Below, in pieces: positions 61,951-64,000 of a stretch of DNA of 64,000 bases. The position numbers and the translations under genes are program-made. A model generated the notes under the pieces. It did no database searches. It was not told the origin of the DNA and saw only the letters and a program-made list of their open reading frames with translations. The DNA comes from Lama glama (lineage: Eukaryota), in contig CM052816.1 in the NCBI GenBank assembly GCA_028534125.1, positions 82,462,001 to 82,526,000 on the forward strand, read 5' to 3'. Positions within the stretch are counted from its first letter, which is position 1, and each line of letters opens with the position of its first letter.

Positions 61951-64000
61951 AGTTTTCTAGTAATAAAATCACTGCATTAAGATGAAAATACTGGTAAAGC
62001 AGGGCTATTGTATATTTAGATATATGTGTATGTGTGGTTATTCCTAGATACTATAAAGTGCAGTTTGTTAACCCCTTCTAAATTTTTTGAAAATGTATTT
62101 TCAATCACTGTAATGGTATCTATAAAAATCTGAATCTATTTAATAATCTATTTTATATTTATTAATATTTAATGTCCAATATTTATATAATCTATTCTAT
62201 AATTATGTGTAACTTACATAAACTATATAAATGGTTTTATTTTAATTCTTGAATAATATTAGTATATCTTAAATTTCTATGAATTCAAAATTTTGAGTTG
62301 TGATGCTTTGGAATGTGTGCTTTATAGAAATATTGTTCTTATATATAGAATATAGATGCATGATATAGCATATACTGTATGTGATGAAATGACTTTTATA
62401 TATTGCATAATAGATCTGTTAATACCTGGAAAAAAGAGATGCCATTAGAAGAGTAAAGATGTGATTTTATTTTGAGATTTATTTCAATTTAGAATTTCAT
62501 TCAATGAACATTTAATGAATTCAAATAACAAGTTGGACAAAGCATAGTTGTAATTCTTTCAATTAATCCATAACCTTTCTTCAATTAGAAAGTCCATGAT
62601 TCTTCATATTTATGTTTAGATTGCTAACTTTCTAGAAAAATTAACTCCAAAACTAAAAATGTCATCAACCAAACATTTTTAAAAAACCACACTTCAAATG
62701 TAATAAGCTGGTACATTTCAATCAGAGTGCTAGATATAATTAAGAACACTTTTTGTTTCAGGCAATGGAAGCAGCAAAACTTCTTCTTTTCTAGTTGTGC
62801 CCCTTTGTTCTTGTGTATAAACAGAGTGAGCACCCAGTGAAGTGCTTTGTGTGATTCTCCAGTAATTAGTGCTCCCTGTCTCTCACTCAAAATTTCTAAA
62901 CTAACTCTGAATGTGACATGGTGATTTTTAGATGAGTCTGGTTAGGTGATAAGGAATTTTACGTATAAAATTTCCCCCTTGCTGTCAAGAGTACTTAGAA
63001 TTTCCAGCAAGATTCTCCCTTCTCATTCCGTAATCGAAGGCTGTTAATCACGCTGATAGAAATGTGTGAACAACGAAGTCTGGCTTAGAAGTTTTTTATG
63101 CTTTTCTTGTAGAAGGAAATAAAGTTTCCTCCCCATTTCATTGTTTAGATGAATAATTAAAGAAAACAGAAGTGCTGAAATACTTGATGGGTTGACAAGA
63201 GAGCCACTGGGGAGTGACTATGACAGTGGCACTCCTGCCCTGTTGGACACTAAGAACCGCATTTGCTCCTTTAGGGTGATGTCATACTCCCTTACATTTT
63301 ATTCGAAGTGCCTGAATACTGGCCATTTTCGTTTTATACAATCTGAGGAAAGCAATTTGCCATCAATGAATATAACATGAAGAGAGTTGAAGGGCGCCCA
63401 TGATTAATCAATAAATAAAATAAGGCCAAGAAACTAATTATTTTTACTCATCAAGATATTTCTGAAAGTATAATATAAAGCTATTACAGGAAGTGTTCAC
63501 GTAAATGTCTCTTTCCTTCGACATTCGGAAAAACCCTTTTCTTAAAGTGTCCCACTGGAAATCGCATGGGTGGAATAAAAAGTAACACACAAAAAAATGA
63601 AATTTAAGTGGAATATTAGTAAGGCCAATTAGAGCAAAATGATATCCCTCCAATTATGCAATTTTTCTTTTAGAAAAGATTCTTATTTTTTGCATTTGAA
63701 TGATGTTTTATCTTCAGAGTATCTGAGAAAGTTTTAGTTCCATTATTAAAATAACGTAACAGTTTCAAACATGGATCCTAAACTCCAAGGTTGCCTGAAA
63801 GTTGATAGTAATGAATGAGAGATACTAGTAATGACAGAAACTTTTCTTTCTCACATAAACTAATGAATTTTGATACAGGAACTATTCACAATCAAGGTTT
63901 TGAAAGATAAAATTTGAAAGTTGAATTGTTTCATTCTTTAATCAAACATGTAACACGTGATAAGGGTTTCTTATTGGCTATAGTCAATAGCAGGCATAGT

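Noticed and set aside
1..64000. Frequent AP-1 sites (TGAGTCA/TGACTCA)
   Set aside because: Scattered rather than clustered, and not obviously beyond chance for a 7-mer in AT-rich DNA

Overview
This is AT-rich mammalian genomic DNA, very probably camelid: three copies of a tRNA-Ala-derived SINE match the camelid Vic-1 type. I found no recognisable protein-coding gene, RNA gene, CRISPR array or prokaryotic system. The ORF track consists of L1 ORF1/ORF2 relics, N-gap artefacts and chance ORFs. The window reads as intergenic or deep-intronic DNA dominated by retroelements (L1, L2, MIR, MaLR/ERVL/ERV1 LTRs) and DNA-transposon relics (MER20, MER45, MER91, MER94, MADE2-like), with a 500-N scaffold gap at 21374-21873. 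The most interesting structures are: (1) an L1 insertion splitting an L2, with both a twin-priming 5' inversion and an apparent ~280-bp 3' transduction (2066-4746); (2) a ~100-bp 5'-inverted L1 with a perfect 12-bp TSD; (3) two internally deleted L1s, one joining the 5'UTR directly to the RT region exactly at a perfect 16-bp palindrome; (4) a tandem-unit array in the L1 5'UTR; and (5) a repeat-free, CpG-retaining block at ~7.0-7.7 kb containing a long hairpin, PBX-HOX-like motifs and a candidate minus-strand exon. Repeat family names come from recalled consensus similarity rather than a database search, and most boundaries are approximate. I cannot support a claim of a new biological system here.
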